DNA of 46,210 nucleotides from Enoplolaimus lenunculus (Eukaryota): NCBI GenBank assembly GCA_030248215.1, contig JASANG010000727.1, positions 496,001 to 542,210 of the forward strand, read 5' to 3'. Shown piece by piece: positions 36,627 to 46,210 of this stretch (position 1 is its first letter; each line of letters starts with the position of its first letter). The notes under the pieces were generated by a model. It saw only the letters and a program-made list of their open reading frames with translations, ran no database searches and was not told where the DNA came from. The position numbers and the translations under genes were made by a program.

Positions 36627-39376
36627 CTATAAGTCTCTCACCTTCGATCTATCAATCTTCCTCTTCGGGCTCATTTTCAAACAAATCAGGCCAGCTGTTG
36701 CGGCCACCGCCACAGTGAGGGACGTCTTCGTAGTAGTTGGCATAAAACGGGTCGATAACATTGTTTGGCGGTTCACAGTAGTAAAGCAGGTCGCGGTATT
36801 TGTCGACTGTGAGATTGGAAAAGGTTGCTGGTACGCTGGTAGCAGGGAGTAGCCTTGAATCGGTTGTAGGCTGCGCCGCGTGTTGGCCGGATTCGCTAAA
36901 GCTACCTCCGCAAACGAATCGTTGCTGTAGTTTTTCTTCATATTGATGGACGTCGGATTATCGGCCGAATAGCGGAATTGCTTTGTTTGATTCCAACTAA
37001 CAGTCTCATTGGTTGAAGTCTTGTTTCTGCGGTTGCTGTTCAGAGCTTCTGCCGCCATCGATTTCAAGTTCTTAATGTCCTTTCGCTTCCAGAGCAGTTA
37101 CTTGATAACGAGTAGATCCTTTTTTGTTCGGGCAGTCGTAATAAAACTGCCTCACAGTCACTTGGAGTGTTAATGATGGTGTGCCCCGAGTTCTCAGAAG
37201 TCGTTACTGCAGCTTTGTATGATCGTTCAATTGCCGCCTGCATGGAATCGACTTCCATGTACACTGTAAATTTCAGTGAGTTGATTTTAACTCAGAATGA
37301 GTTGAATCACTCAGTCTGAGTTAGGACTTTCAGAACTCAGAAAGATGAGTTGATTCAATTCGTTCTGAGCTAATTAATCAACTCACCCAGTGTCAACTCA
37401 ACTCAGAGTGAGAATCAATCTGAGTTAGGACTTTCAGAACTCAGAAAGATGAGTTGATTCAATTGGTTCTGAGCTAATTAATCAACTCACCCAGTGTCAA
37501 CTCAACTCAGAGTGAGAATCAAATCAACTCAGAGTAAGTTAATGTTTACTGATATTAATTCAGAAATAACCAACTCGCTAGCTGAATTGATTAATCAACT
37601 CATTGGAATTTACAGTGTAGCTGTGGCCAGACTCTAAAAACTTTTGCTCGGTGACCTGAATCTTTGATTTGGCCATGCAATGCAAAAGGAATGCCGCAAC
37701 AAAAAAATTACAATTTTTGCCCCCCACAAGTGTCACAAAAAATAGACACCTCACGCACTGTGTCTGACCGAGAATTCAGGTATCTTTAGCAGGCAGCTCC
37801 CTATTTCATTGGGGCCACGTTTCACTAATTGTTTCGTTCCATAGGTAGCAATGTCCATTTTTAGACCCGGACTCATAGATTGTGAAAGTTTTCTTCAATA
37901 GTAAAATATGCTTGTGCAGCCTCGCATGGTGCAGACAAGATCCGCTACAACTCGCACGTTACGGTGTGAAAATTGTCGGTCTCATTTGCGGCTCGATCCG
38001 TGTCATAGCGTTTGGCAGCCATTGAGTTCGATTCCCGTTTCGTATGCTCGTTGAAGACGGCAGCATAAGCTAGCTTACCAGCCCCACGAAGCATCTCATA
38101 CCGCACACCAGGTTGGACAACGGTCTTTTTTTGGAACGAAGACACCATAATTGAATTTGCGGTCAAATATCGAACTATAGACTGACTGCGACACCCTAAG
38201 GTTTTCGGGCACTCTAGTATCATTGTTGCTGCAAAATTTTTCGTACATTCTATACATTTTTGCCTTATTAAGAGCCTGATGGCAAATATTGTTTGGTTGT
38301 ATCTCGTCTGACATAATGGGGATCCATTACCGGAAACGAATTGATATGGGTCCGCACAATTTTTGTTGCTTCGTCCGGAGTTTTGTTACTTGGAGGATGC
38401 CGACCGCGCATATCCGTGCCAGAAAAATGTCCCTGCTCCAATGTATTCTGGCGGCAGTTCCTCAAAAGCATGTCCGAAACGCTTAAAGTGTCTGTGAAAA
38501 ACCGCTGACAAACTTTGACCGCCTTGCCATCGCTTGTAAAAGAATATTTGTATGAGGCAGTCCGGTGTGAGGCTGCATTTTTTCGAGGCCGCGCGACGCC
38601 AACTGGTAGTTCCATGTGCGAGAGAATGAAGTCTTTTTGTCAGGTTATTGTCGCCAAGTGCGCAATATGTAGCGCAGATGCGAACTTGCAGGTCCTCGTT
38701 AATCTGTTCTCTACACTTGAACCGACACCGACAGTCACGGACTACCGGATGTTTTGCGGGACATACCTTCCCGGCTGACCTGACATATTCCTGGCCTGAT
38801 CGCGGGACGTTACGAGCTTTATTTCTTTTCCGTTGCGTTGGGTCTGCAATGCGGCAGCGCTTGCAAGCTGATGCCTCTTGTTCGTCAACGTGCTCATAAT
38901 TTTTTCGATGGCATTGAGGCTCCGGTTCATCATCCTTGGACTCCTGGTGGGATTAATTTCCGGATGCAATAAAAATAAATTGTTGTAGTAGCAATAGTTG
39001 TATGGGTATACATGAACAACAAGCAATATTTCATGAATTAGGCTATTGCAAAGCAAATTTAGCAAAACAATCAGATGAAGTGCTATTCCAACTGAATGCT
39101 CAGTATCAGTGGTTGTTGGACGTGCATATACGAACAATAAACAAGGATGGCATGACAATACTAAATCCAGCAAAAATTAAACCATTGGCAAAGAAATTTA
39201 CCATCTGAATTAGATGAAGCATCATTCCCGCTAACAGCCCAGTCAGGGTCTTGGTGCACATCTTGATCTGGGTCCTGAGGCTCAATTTGCTCTGATATCT
39301 GTGTAAATGGGGCCGCCCCGAACATAGTGGCTGGTGGATCAACAGCGGTGACAACGCGTTGCAAATATTCTTCCAC
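36627..39376 (-). pseudogene. Frameshifted transposase pseudogene
   Basis: Ordered motifs across frames: SGQEY..GK, CRCRFKC, VCQRFFTDTL, DMRGRH, HINSFP..HY, PKKDRC, FTIYE..CYLWNET, RGPNEIGSCL, CDTCGGQ, KFLESGHS[MITE]YMEVDSM.AAIE, VSWNQTKQFRY; many stops and frameshifts. Sola1 assignment from recalled motifs. Confidence 0.85.
37262..37617. mobile_element. CACTG-ended MITE (family CACTGTAAATT) inserted into transposase catalytic motif
   Basis: TIR CACTGTAAATT(T/C)CA, TA duplication splitting the TAC codon of GHS-Y-M; internal duplication of about 105 bp. Confidence 0.9.
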
Positions 39377-39669
39377 AGCTTTAGACGCTTCTTCATTGTG
39401 GGAACCACCACTCTCGTTGTCAGACTGTTAAGTCAATAAGGCATACATATATGTGTGTTGCGGGGTTCACGTTATAACTGGGCAGTCGGGTCACGTTTTG
39501 TCACATGTAGATTCGACATCAACATAAATTTTTGTTACCATCATATGATACGGACAGACAAAATTCGAATATCATGTGATATTGCTATACGAAGCACGGG
39601 TACACAGGTGATCATGAAGTGTATTATATGACACGCTATTATGTAGGTCATGGCATTTCATAAGACAAT

Positions 39670-39949
39670 CTGCCAAAATTTGAATGTTCCCGCCAAAATT
39701 TGAATTTTCCCACCAAATTTTGAATTTCCCCGCCAACATTTAAATTTCCCGCCAAAATTTGTAGTTTCCCACCAAAATTTAAAGTTCGCGCCTAAATTTG
39801 AATTTTACGCCAAAAATATCATTTTCCCGCCAAATTTTGAATTTTTTAGCTTACATTTAAATTTCACGCCAAAATTTCATTTTTCCGCCAAAAAAGCCAT
39901 TTTCCCGCCAAATTTTGAATTTTCCCGCTAAAATTTAAATTTCCCGCCA
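39670..39949. repeat. About 20-bp minisatellite CCCGCCAAAATTTGAATTTT
   Basis: About 13-14 degenerate units; more decayed relative at about 30405-30555. Confidence 0.9.
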
Positions 39950-40352
39950 TATTATTAGTATGTTATTTACATTGTCTCATAATATCATATGATACTAACG
40001 GCACGTGTCCGTTAGTATCATATGATATTCCCCCATACGCAATCCTAGTTGTGTAACTGACTCAGCAGACATTTTCAAAATGATCATATGATATTGACAG
40101 ACGATGTAGGGAATATCAAAACATGACCGATACATGATGTTAGCAGACAACCACTGTTTTTGGAATATCATATTGGGTTACATCGCAGACAAAATGTTAC
40201 CCAACATATAGAGTGAGACAAAACGTGACCCAGCTGCACCATTTATAGGGTGAACTCGGCATGTATGTGTTGGTATATAAATAGCTATATATATTCTCGT
40301 TTCTTGCGTTTTTTGTACATAAAAATACCAAGTAGATTACTTTCATTATAAA

Positions 40353-41367
40353 ATACATGTCCGGTTGGATGACCCATACATGTCCGGTTGGATGACCCAT
40401 ACATGCCCGGTTGGATGACCCATACATGTCCGGTTGGATGACCCATACATGCCCGGATGGATGACCCATACATGTCCGATTGGATGATCCATACATGTCC
40501 GGTTGGATGACCCATACATGTCCGGTTGGATGACCCATACATGTCCAGTTGGATGACCCATACATGTCCGGTTGGATGACCGATACATGTCCGGTTGGAT
40601 GACCCATACATGTCCAGTTGGATGACCCATACATGTCCAGTTCGATGACCCATACATGTCCGGTTGGATGACCCATACATGCCCGGTTGGATGACCCATA
40701 CATGTCCGGTTGGATGACCCATACATGTCCAGTTGGATGACCCATACATGTCCAGTTCGATGACCCATACATGTCCGGTTGGATGACCCATACATGTCCA
40801 GTTGGATGACCCATACATGTCCAGTTCAATGACCCATACATGTCCGGTTGGATGACCCATACATGCCCGGTTGGATGACCCATACATGCCCGGTTGGATG
40901 ACCCATACATGCCCGGTTGGATGACCCATACATGTCCGGTTGGATGACCCATACATGCCCGGTTGGATGACCCATACATGTCCGGTTGGATGACCCATAC
41001 ATGTCCAGTTGGATGACCCATACATGTCCAGTTCGATGACCCATACATGTCCGATTGGATGACCCATACATGTCCAGTTGGATGACCCATACATGTCCAG
41101 TTCGATGACCCATACATGTCCGGTTGGATGACCCATACATGTCCGGTTGGATGACCCATACATGCCCGGTTGGATGACCCATACATGTCCGGTTGGATGA
41201 CCCATACATGTCCGGTTGGATGACCCATACTTGTCCAGTTGGATGACCCATACATGTCCGGTTGGATGAGCCATACATGTCCTGTTGAATGACCCATACA
41301 TGTCCGGTTGGATGACCCATACATGTCCGGTTGGATGACCCAAACATGTCCGGTTGGATGACCCATA
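40353..41367. repeat. 23-bp satellite, about 44 copies, inside the transposon
   Basis: Unit ACATGTCCGGTTGGATGACCCAT with few variants (CCAG, GCCC, TTCG). Confidence 0.97.
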
Positions 41368-41868
41368 ATCCTTCCAATTAGGGATTGGCTGTTTTACTAT
41401 ACAAAATTGTAAAAAAAAACAAGTCGATTTTCTGTTCTTCATTATGTATCCATATGTTTAGGTGTCGTATGTAATATCAGGTTGTCAAGTGGCAGAACAT
41501 CGTAAGTGTGGCTTTACTGCACTTCCGATTTTCTGCTGCTCTCCGCTATGGCTTGTTTTCACATACGTTTACATTTCACAGCTCTATAATCCCATCATAT
41601 TGCTGTAAGTCACTTACAATTTTCTGTCGCATGTTGCGAATTGCAATGTGCTATTTTTTCCTGCACTTAACTAAATTTTGAAAAAAATGTCACTTACGAT
41701 GTTTTGCTTCTATACCCTTAAAGCTGGAACGCTCAACATACGCACTTTGGTCATCGTTCGAGCAATTATTCATTATAAATTTTGAAATAAGTTTCATCGC
41801 TCGCCGCAATTTTGCAAACAATCACCATTACATTGATTGTATTCAAGTCCTTCATGAAATTCTTACTA

Positions 41869-42084
41869 CACTGCAAAAAATGGTGAGTCAAATTGACTCT
41901 CTCTCTCTCTCTAAAATTGGCTTTTCGAGACTACACAAATTGAGTCAAAATTCAACTTCGCCAGAGTCAAATTCGATTCACTGCGTCGCACGTTTGAATT
42001 TGGTGAAGTCGAATTTGACTCAGTTTGTGTAGTCCCAAAGCCTATTTCGGAGAAAGTCAATTTGACTCACCATTTTTTGCAGCG
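41869..42084. mobile_element. CACTGCAAAAAATGG MITE in intron of protein B
   Basis: TA-flanked TIRs. Confidence 0.85.
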
Positions 42085-42154
42085 TACGTCCTCCAGTTAA
42101 CTGTATCAAATTTATCAATATTCTTTCAAGTGATTATATTAATACATCTATTTA

Positions 42155-42346
42155 ACCAATGTTACTTTAAAGGGCGTAACAGTTGATTAAGCGTATTCCT
42201 TAGCCTAAGCGTTGCAAAAATGAGTTCCTAAGCCTAAGCGTAAGCCTAAGCCTAAGCAAAAAATGTAATCTAGAACGTAAACCCATTTTATAGACCCATT
42301 TTATAGATCCGCCCGAAATCTAGACGCCCTTAAAGTAACATGGACC
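42155..42346 (+). mobile_element. Telomere-repeat MITE, subfamily B
   Basis: CCAATGTTACTTTAAAGGGCGT ... ACGCCCTTAAAGTAACATGGACC; partial copy at about 23260-23345. Confidence 0.85.
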
Positions 42347-42460
42347 TAAATGGGGAAGCATAAGCTTAAACTATAGGCTTAGGCTTAGGTTTAGGCTTCG
42401 GTTCAGCCTAAGGATGCGCAGGCAGTTCTCTATACGTAACCTGGATCACTATTGTTTTAG

Positions 42461-42669
42461 GTGACTGGGATTACTGTGCTAAACATTGCGAGTATGCTCA
42501 TTTATCAAACTTGGATCGCTCGGACGTGGATGCGTCGTGTGCTTCAATTGAACAGTGGGACTTATGCATCAGGGATTGTCCGCAAGGTGATCGATTAATA
42601 CAAGAATCCTTACACAGTGGGAACATTGACCTTGCAATGTACCATATGTGCAATGATGAAAATTATTAA
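42461..42669 (+). CDS. Small secreted Cys-rich protein B, exon 2 (87 aa total); absent from ORF track
   Basis: gttttag|(G)DWDYCAKHCEYAHLSNLDRSDVDASCASIEQWDLCIRDCPQGDRLIQESLHSGNIDLAMYHMCNDENY*; Cys spacing identical to protein A. Confidence 0.85.
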
Positions 42670-42722
42670 AGGCCTACATGGAATTTTGGTGATACTAGCA
42701 AGAATATTAGATTGCTAAGCTA

Positions 42723-42967
42723 CACACAAAAAGGTATTTCTGAATTTATTCAGAAAAGTATTTTCTGTGGCAAATCTGACAAGTTTTTCTGATATTTAAG
42801 ACAATTTTTCAAAAAATAACTGCAAAACGTTTATTTACAAAATTTATTTTAAAACTTTTCTGAAATCTTTTCTGTTATAACAGAAATACATTTCAAGTGC
42901 ACGTTGCTAATTATATTTCTTAAATGTAAGAAACATTTTCTTAAATATCAGAAATATATTTTGAGTG
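42723..42967. mobile_element. CAC-ended AT-rich MITE (partial copy from 1400)
   Basis: TA|CACACAAAA..TATTTCTGA ... TCAGAAATATATTTTGAGTG|TA; reverse-complement match to about 1400-1530. Confidence 0.7.
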
Positions 42968-43278
42968 TATACAGGAACAGTTTTACATAAGCAATGGATT
43001 AAATTGTATACTACTTGTTTAGTTTCCCCCACATTTATATATCAGTGTACTATGGGTACTTTTTATTTTCCATTCCGGGGGGGTGGGCTGCTGCTGGCTA
43101 CCCCCCAGTAAAGTTGAAGTTGTCGCCAGTGCAATTTTGTTTATAACTCGCTTATAAAAATTTAATCAATTGTGTTTAGAATAAAGTTTTTAGCTAATTT
43201 TTATCATATTCTGGTGCTTTTTACCATCTTTCAGTTTATTAACTTAAAAATTTTGTTGTCAAAATAATTACAAATTCG

Positions 43279-43475
43279 GGCCCACGTAAAGATCAGAGGC
43301 GGAACGTCTATCTGTGGGTCCAGAAAAGAATATGCTTAAGCTTTAGACTAATTTTTTGCTTGGCTTAGGCTTAGGCTTAGTAATAAACTCATTTTTGCGC
43401 TTAGGCTTAGGCTTAAACTTATCCTTTTAGAAATATGCTTGTAATACTGTTCCGCCCCTGTTCTATACATTGGCC
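43279..43475 (-). mobile_element. Telomere-repeat MITE, subfamily C
   Basis: TIR GGCCCA(C/T)GTAAAGATCAGAGGCGGAA / GGCCAATGTATAGAACAGGGGCGGAA. Confidence 0.85.
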
Positions 43476-43674
43476 CTTCAAATTTTTGTTCTCAAAATAT
43501 ATAATAATTCGAAATGACTAATTTTTCAATTAATATGTATGATCGTTTGTTATATTTTTATAAGCCGAATAAACAAACTTCCAGAGTCTGTCCATAAATT
43601 CTTGCAACTATATAGTATGATAGATGAACTAAAAATCATACAATAAATATTATACTTACGTGCATGAGTGGAAC

Positions 43675-44090
43675 GGCCAATGTAAAGAACAAGGGCGGAA
43701 TAGTATTATAAGCATATTCCTAAGCCTAAGCCTAAGCCTAAGTCTAAAGCGTAAGCATGAGCATATTCCTAAGCCTAAGCCTAAGCCTAAGCCTAAGTCT
43801 AAGTCTAAAGAGTAAGAATGAGCATATTCCTAAGCCTAAGCCTAAGCCTAAGTCTAAAGCGTAAGCATGAGCATATTCCTAAGCCTAAGCCTAAGTCTAA
43901 GCCTAAGCTTAAAAATGGGGATATTCCTAAGCCTATGCCTAAAGCCTAAGCCTAAGAGAAAGAATGAGCATATTCCTCAGCCTAAGCCTAAGCCTAAACC
44001 TAAGCCAAGCAAACAAATTCGTCTAAAGCTCAAGCTTACTCTATTGCAGTCCGACAGAAAAACGTTTCGCCCATGATCTTTACATGCGTC
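43675..44090 (+). mobile_element. Telomere-repeat MITE, subfamily C, internally expanded
   Basis: About 6 repeats of GCATATTCC(TAAGCC)n between C-type TIRs. Confidence 0.88.
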
Positions 44091-44278
44091 AGCCAGTGAA
44101 ACAGACAATACAGCGAATTGTGTCAAATTATTAATTGTTTTGCTTAAATAAATAAGTTCTGCATGAGGAATTAAAAATAAAAATACCAAGACAAAAAGTC
44201 CTTCAGGTAAAGTTAAAATTAGCTGGTTACCTGACTGATTAAAACTTGTTTATTGACGCAATATTTGACGTCAATTTT

Positions 44279-44431
44279 ATGGACCGGGGCATTGTAGTTG
44301 CTGTCTCAGCTATTGGTACTTGCGCGTTTTTAGCCGCAATTAAATATTATCGCACAACCTCGATTTCAAACAACAAAACGTCAGAAAGGCTAAAGACAAG
44401 TTTGTTGTATAATTTTATGCAAATATGCAAG
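44279..44431 (+). CDS. Possible first exon of a protein with an N-terminal membrane anchor
   Basis: MDRGIVVAVSAIGTCAFLAAIKYYR... ending AAG|gtagct; no convincing downstream exon found. Confidence 0.3.
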
Positions 44432-44496
44432 GTAGCTATTGGGCTGCAATACAGCATTCAGCTTGTCACTCTTCGGCTTAACCGAATGCTGATTAT

Positions 44497-44657
44497 TGTC
44501 CATGTAAAAATCAGAGGCGGAACGTTTTTCTTTGGAACTAGAAAAGAATACGCTTAAGCTTTAGATTAATGTTTTTGCTTGGCTTAGGTTTAGGTTTAGG
44601 CTTTAGGCTTAGAAATATGCTTATAATACTGTCCCGTCTCTGTTATTTACATTGGCC
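44497..44657 (-). mobile_element. Telomere-repeat MITE, subfamily C
   Basis: TSD CTGATTAT/CTTATTAT. Confidence 0.85.
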
Positions 44658-44710
44658 CTTATTATTGAACACATTGGGAAGAAACGCATTCTTTCACAAG
44701 ATCCGACTCC

Positions 44711-45265
44711 GGGCCGTGTAAAGATCATGGACTGAATGGTTTTCTGCGAAACCGCGGCCCGTGTAAAGATCAGAAGCAGAACGTTTTCCTGTGGGACTAG
44801 AATAGAGTAAGATTAAGGTGTAGACTAATTCTTTGCCTGGATTAGGCTTAGCTCTTTATTACACTTACGCTTAGGCTTAGGAGTAGCCTTTGGCTTAGGA
44901 ATATGCTTATAATACTTTCCGTTCCCTGTCTTTTACATTGGCCTAAACGGCCATTGAGTAAAACGCTAAGCGTTGCATAAATATTTGTTTAACCTTGAGC
45001 TTAAAACATATGCGCTTTTAGGCTTAGGAATATGCTCTTTATTACACTTACGCTTTAGGCTTAGGAATTAGCCTTTGGCTTAGGAATATGTTATAAAGCA
45101 TTTTTTGTTTGGTTCTTTACCATTGGCCGAAATGGCCATAGAGTAAACGCTAAGCGTTGCATATATATTTTGCTTAACCTTAAGCTTAACATATGCTCGC
45201 GTACCGTTAAGTTTAGGCTTACGCTTACGAATCTCTTTATACCACTGTTACGGCTCTTGTTCGTA
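44711..45265 (-). mobile_element. Nested/tandem cluster of subfamily C-related telomere-repeat MITEs
   Basis: Complete copy 44756-44943 inside another starting at 44711; GGCCAT(T/A)GAGTAAA(A)CGCTAAGCGTTGCATA duplicated at about 44949 and 45135. Confidence 0.75.
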
Positions 45266-46210
45266 CTTATTGCTACTACTTGAAGTACAAACAGGTGAAG
45301 ATTTTTCTCATTTCGACTTTAGCTCTAAGCGCCAAATTTTTAAAGTTTGTTGTCTCAATATTGTACATTGATAATTGAATTGCTAAAAATAGAAATCTTA
45401 GAAACAACTGATGCGACCAGAGACCAAAAGAAGAAATCTAAAGACGAAACAACATAAGTCAAATGTTAGACATATAGCATTAAATAAATTTGGCTATGCA
45501 GTACTTTTCAGCTAGTTAATTTAAACCGATAATTACATCCGAATTTATGATAAAGAAACGACAGTTCCGGAATCTAGGTTTTTCCGCACACAAAATTCTT
45601 AATTTATTTAACTTATTGGGCCAAACGACCAAAATTATTTAGCCGCTACTAAATCGCACAGAGCAGGCTGTTTTGTTTTATTAACTTAGAAATAATAAGA
45701 AATGACTGCATTTGCCCTCAATATCTGAAGTCCATTCACCAGCTGATTTAAAAATGACAGGGTCGATATAACGGGTACACTTAATATTTTCCTACAAAAG
45801 AGGTGAAAATTATTTTGCATAATGCATATATGTATCATTTAGATTAATGCAAATACAGTATAAACGTTATTGCATGAAAATTGCGAGACGCTATCAAGCT
45901 TAATGAATGCGCTTAACCCTTTCTCACATGAATATTTTTAATCTCATATGAGATGTCATTTCAAGGTAAGATTAGATCCGCAACTTGATGGCGGAGGTGT
46001 TTAATGATTACAATTACAAAACGACAAAGCGGTATGCTCAGCGCCAGAGGCTTTATGTCTTGGGAACGTTTTGAGTGCGCATATATCTTACAAAGAGCGA
46101 TTGAACACTGCGTAAATAGTGTGTGCATCTGCTGTACGTTATTGTATTTAGTTGGCTGATAGCATACTTTACGAAAGTGAAAAGGAATAAAACAAATCGT
46201 TGGCATAATA

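Larger units (their letters stand above)
36334..41717 (-). mobile_element. About 5.4 kb decayed cut-and-paste DNA transposon (Sola1-like DDD transposase)
   Basis: About 32-bp imperfect TIRs GGGTATAAAAGCAGAACGTCTTAAGTGACATT / GGGTATAGAAGCAAAACATCGTAAGTGACATT, flanked by CTAA / TTAA; subterminal copies of AACATCGTAAGT near 36573 and 41495; internal transposase remnants. Confidence 0.85.

Noticed and set aside
40197..41442. 385-389 aa ORFs with MGHPTGHVWVIQPDMYGSSNRTC repeats
   Set aside because: Translation of a 23-bp satellite that nearly lacks stops on the minus strand; the same peptide cycles through all three frames
43675..45265. True telomere or subtelomere
   Set aside because: Tracts are short, occur in both orientations and are enclosed by TIRs and TSDs

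Overview
AT-rich, repeat-dense eukaryotic genomic DNA, almost certainly a nematode (a cuticle collagen gene, TTAGGC telomere hexamers, short TTTTAG/TTTCAG-type acceptors); the species cannot be determined from this window. Four spliced genes can be built by hand with phase-consistent GT-AG junctions. (1) A minus-strand secreted C-type lectin plus at least 8 calcium-binding EGF repeats (13405 to <350, runs off the left end), including a candidate 9-nt Cys-encoding microexon. (2) A plus-strand 4-exon cuticle collagen (19732-25247, 446 aa) with an unusually long basic interruption that may be an in-frame retained intron. (3,4) A tandem pair of two-exon small secreted six-cysteine proteins (30178-31800 and 35639-42669), largely missed by the ORF track. 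The intron of the second holds a 5.4 kb decayed DDD (Sola1-like) transposon with a nested MITE and satellites. The rest is many MITE families. The most striking is a set of >20 copies or fragments of GG-ended, 8-bp-TSD (Merlin-type) MITEs in three subfamilies, nearly all carrying an internal, expandable (TTAGGC)n cassette. Most long ORFs in the supplied track are repeat artefacts. All coordinates were counted by eye and family names come from recalled diagnostic features, not database searches.
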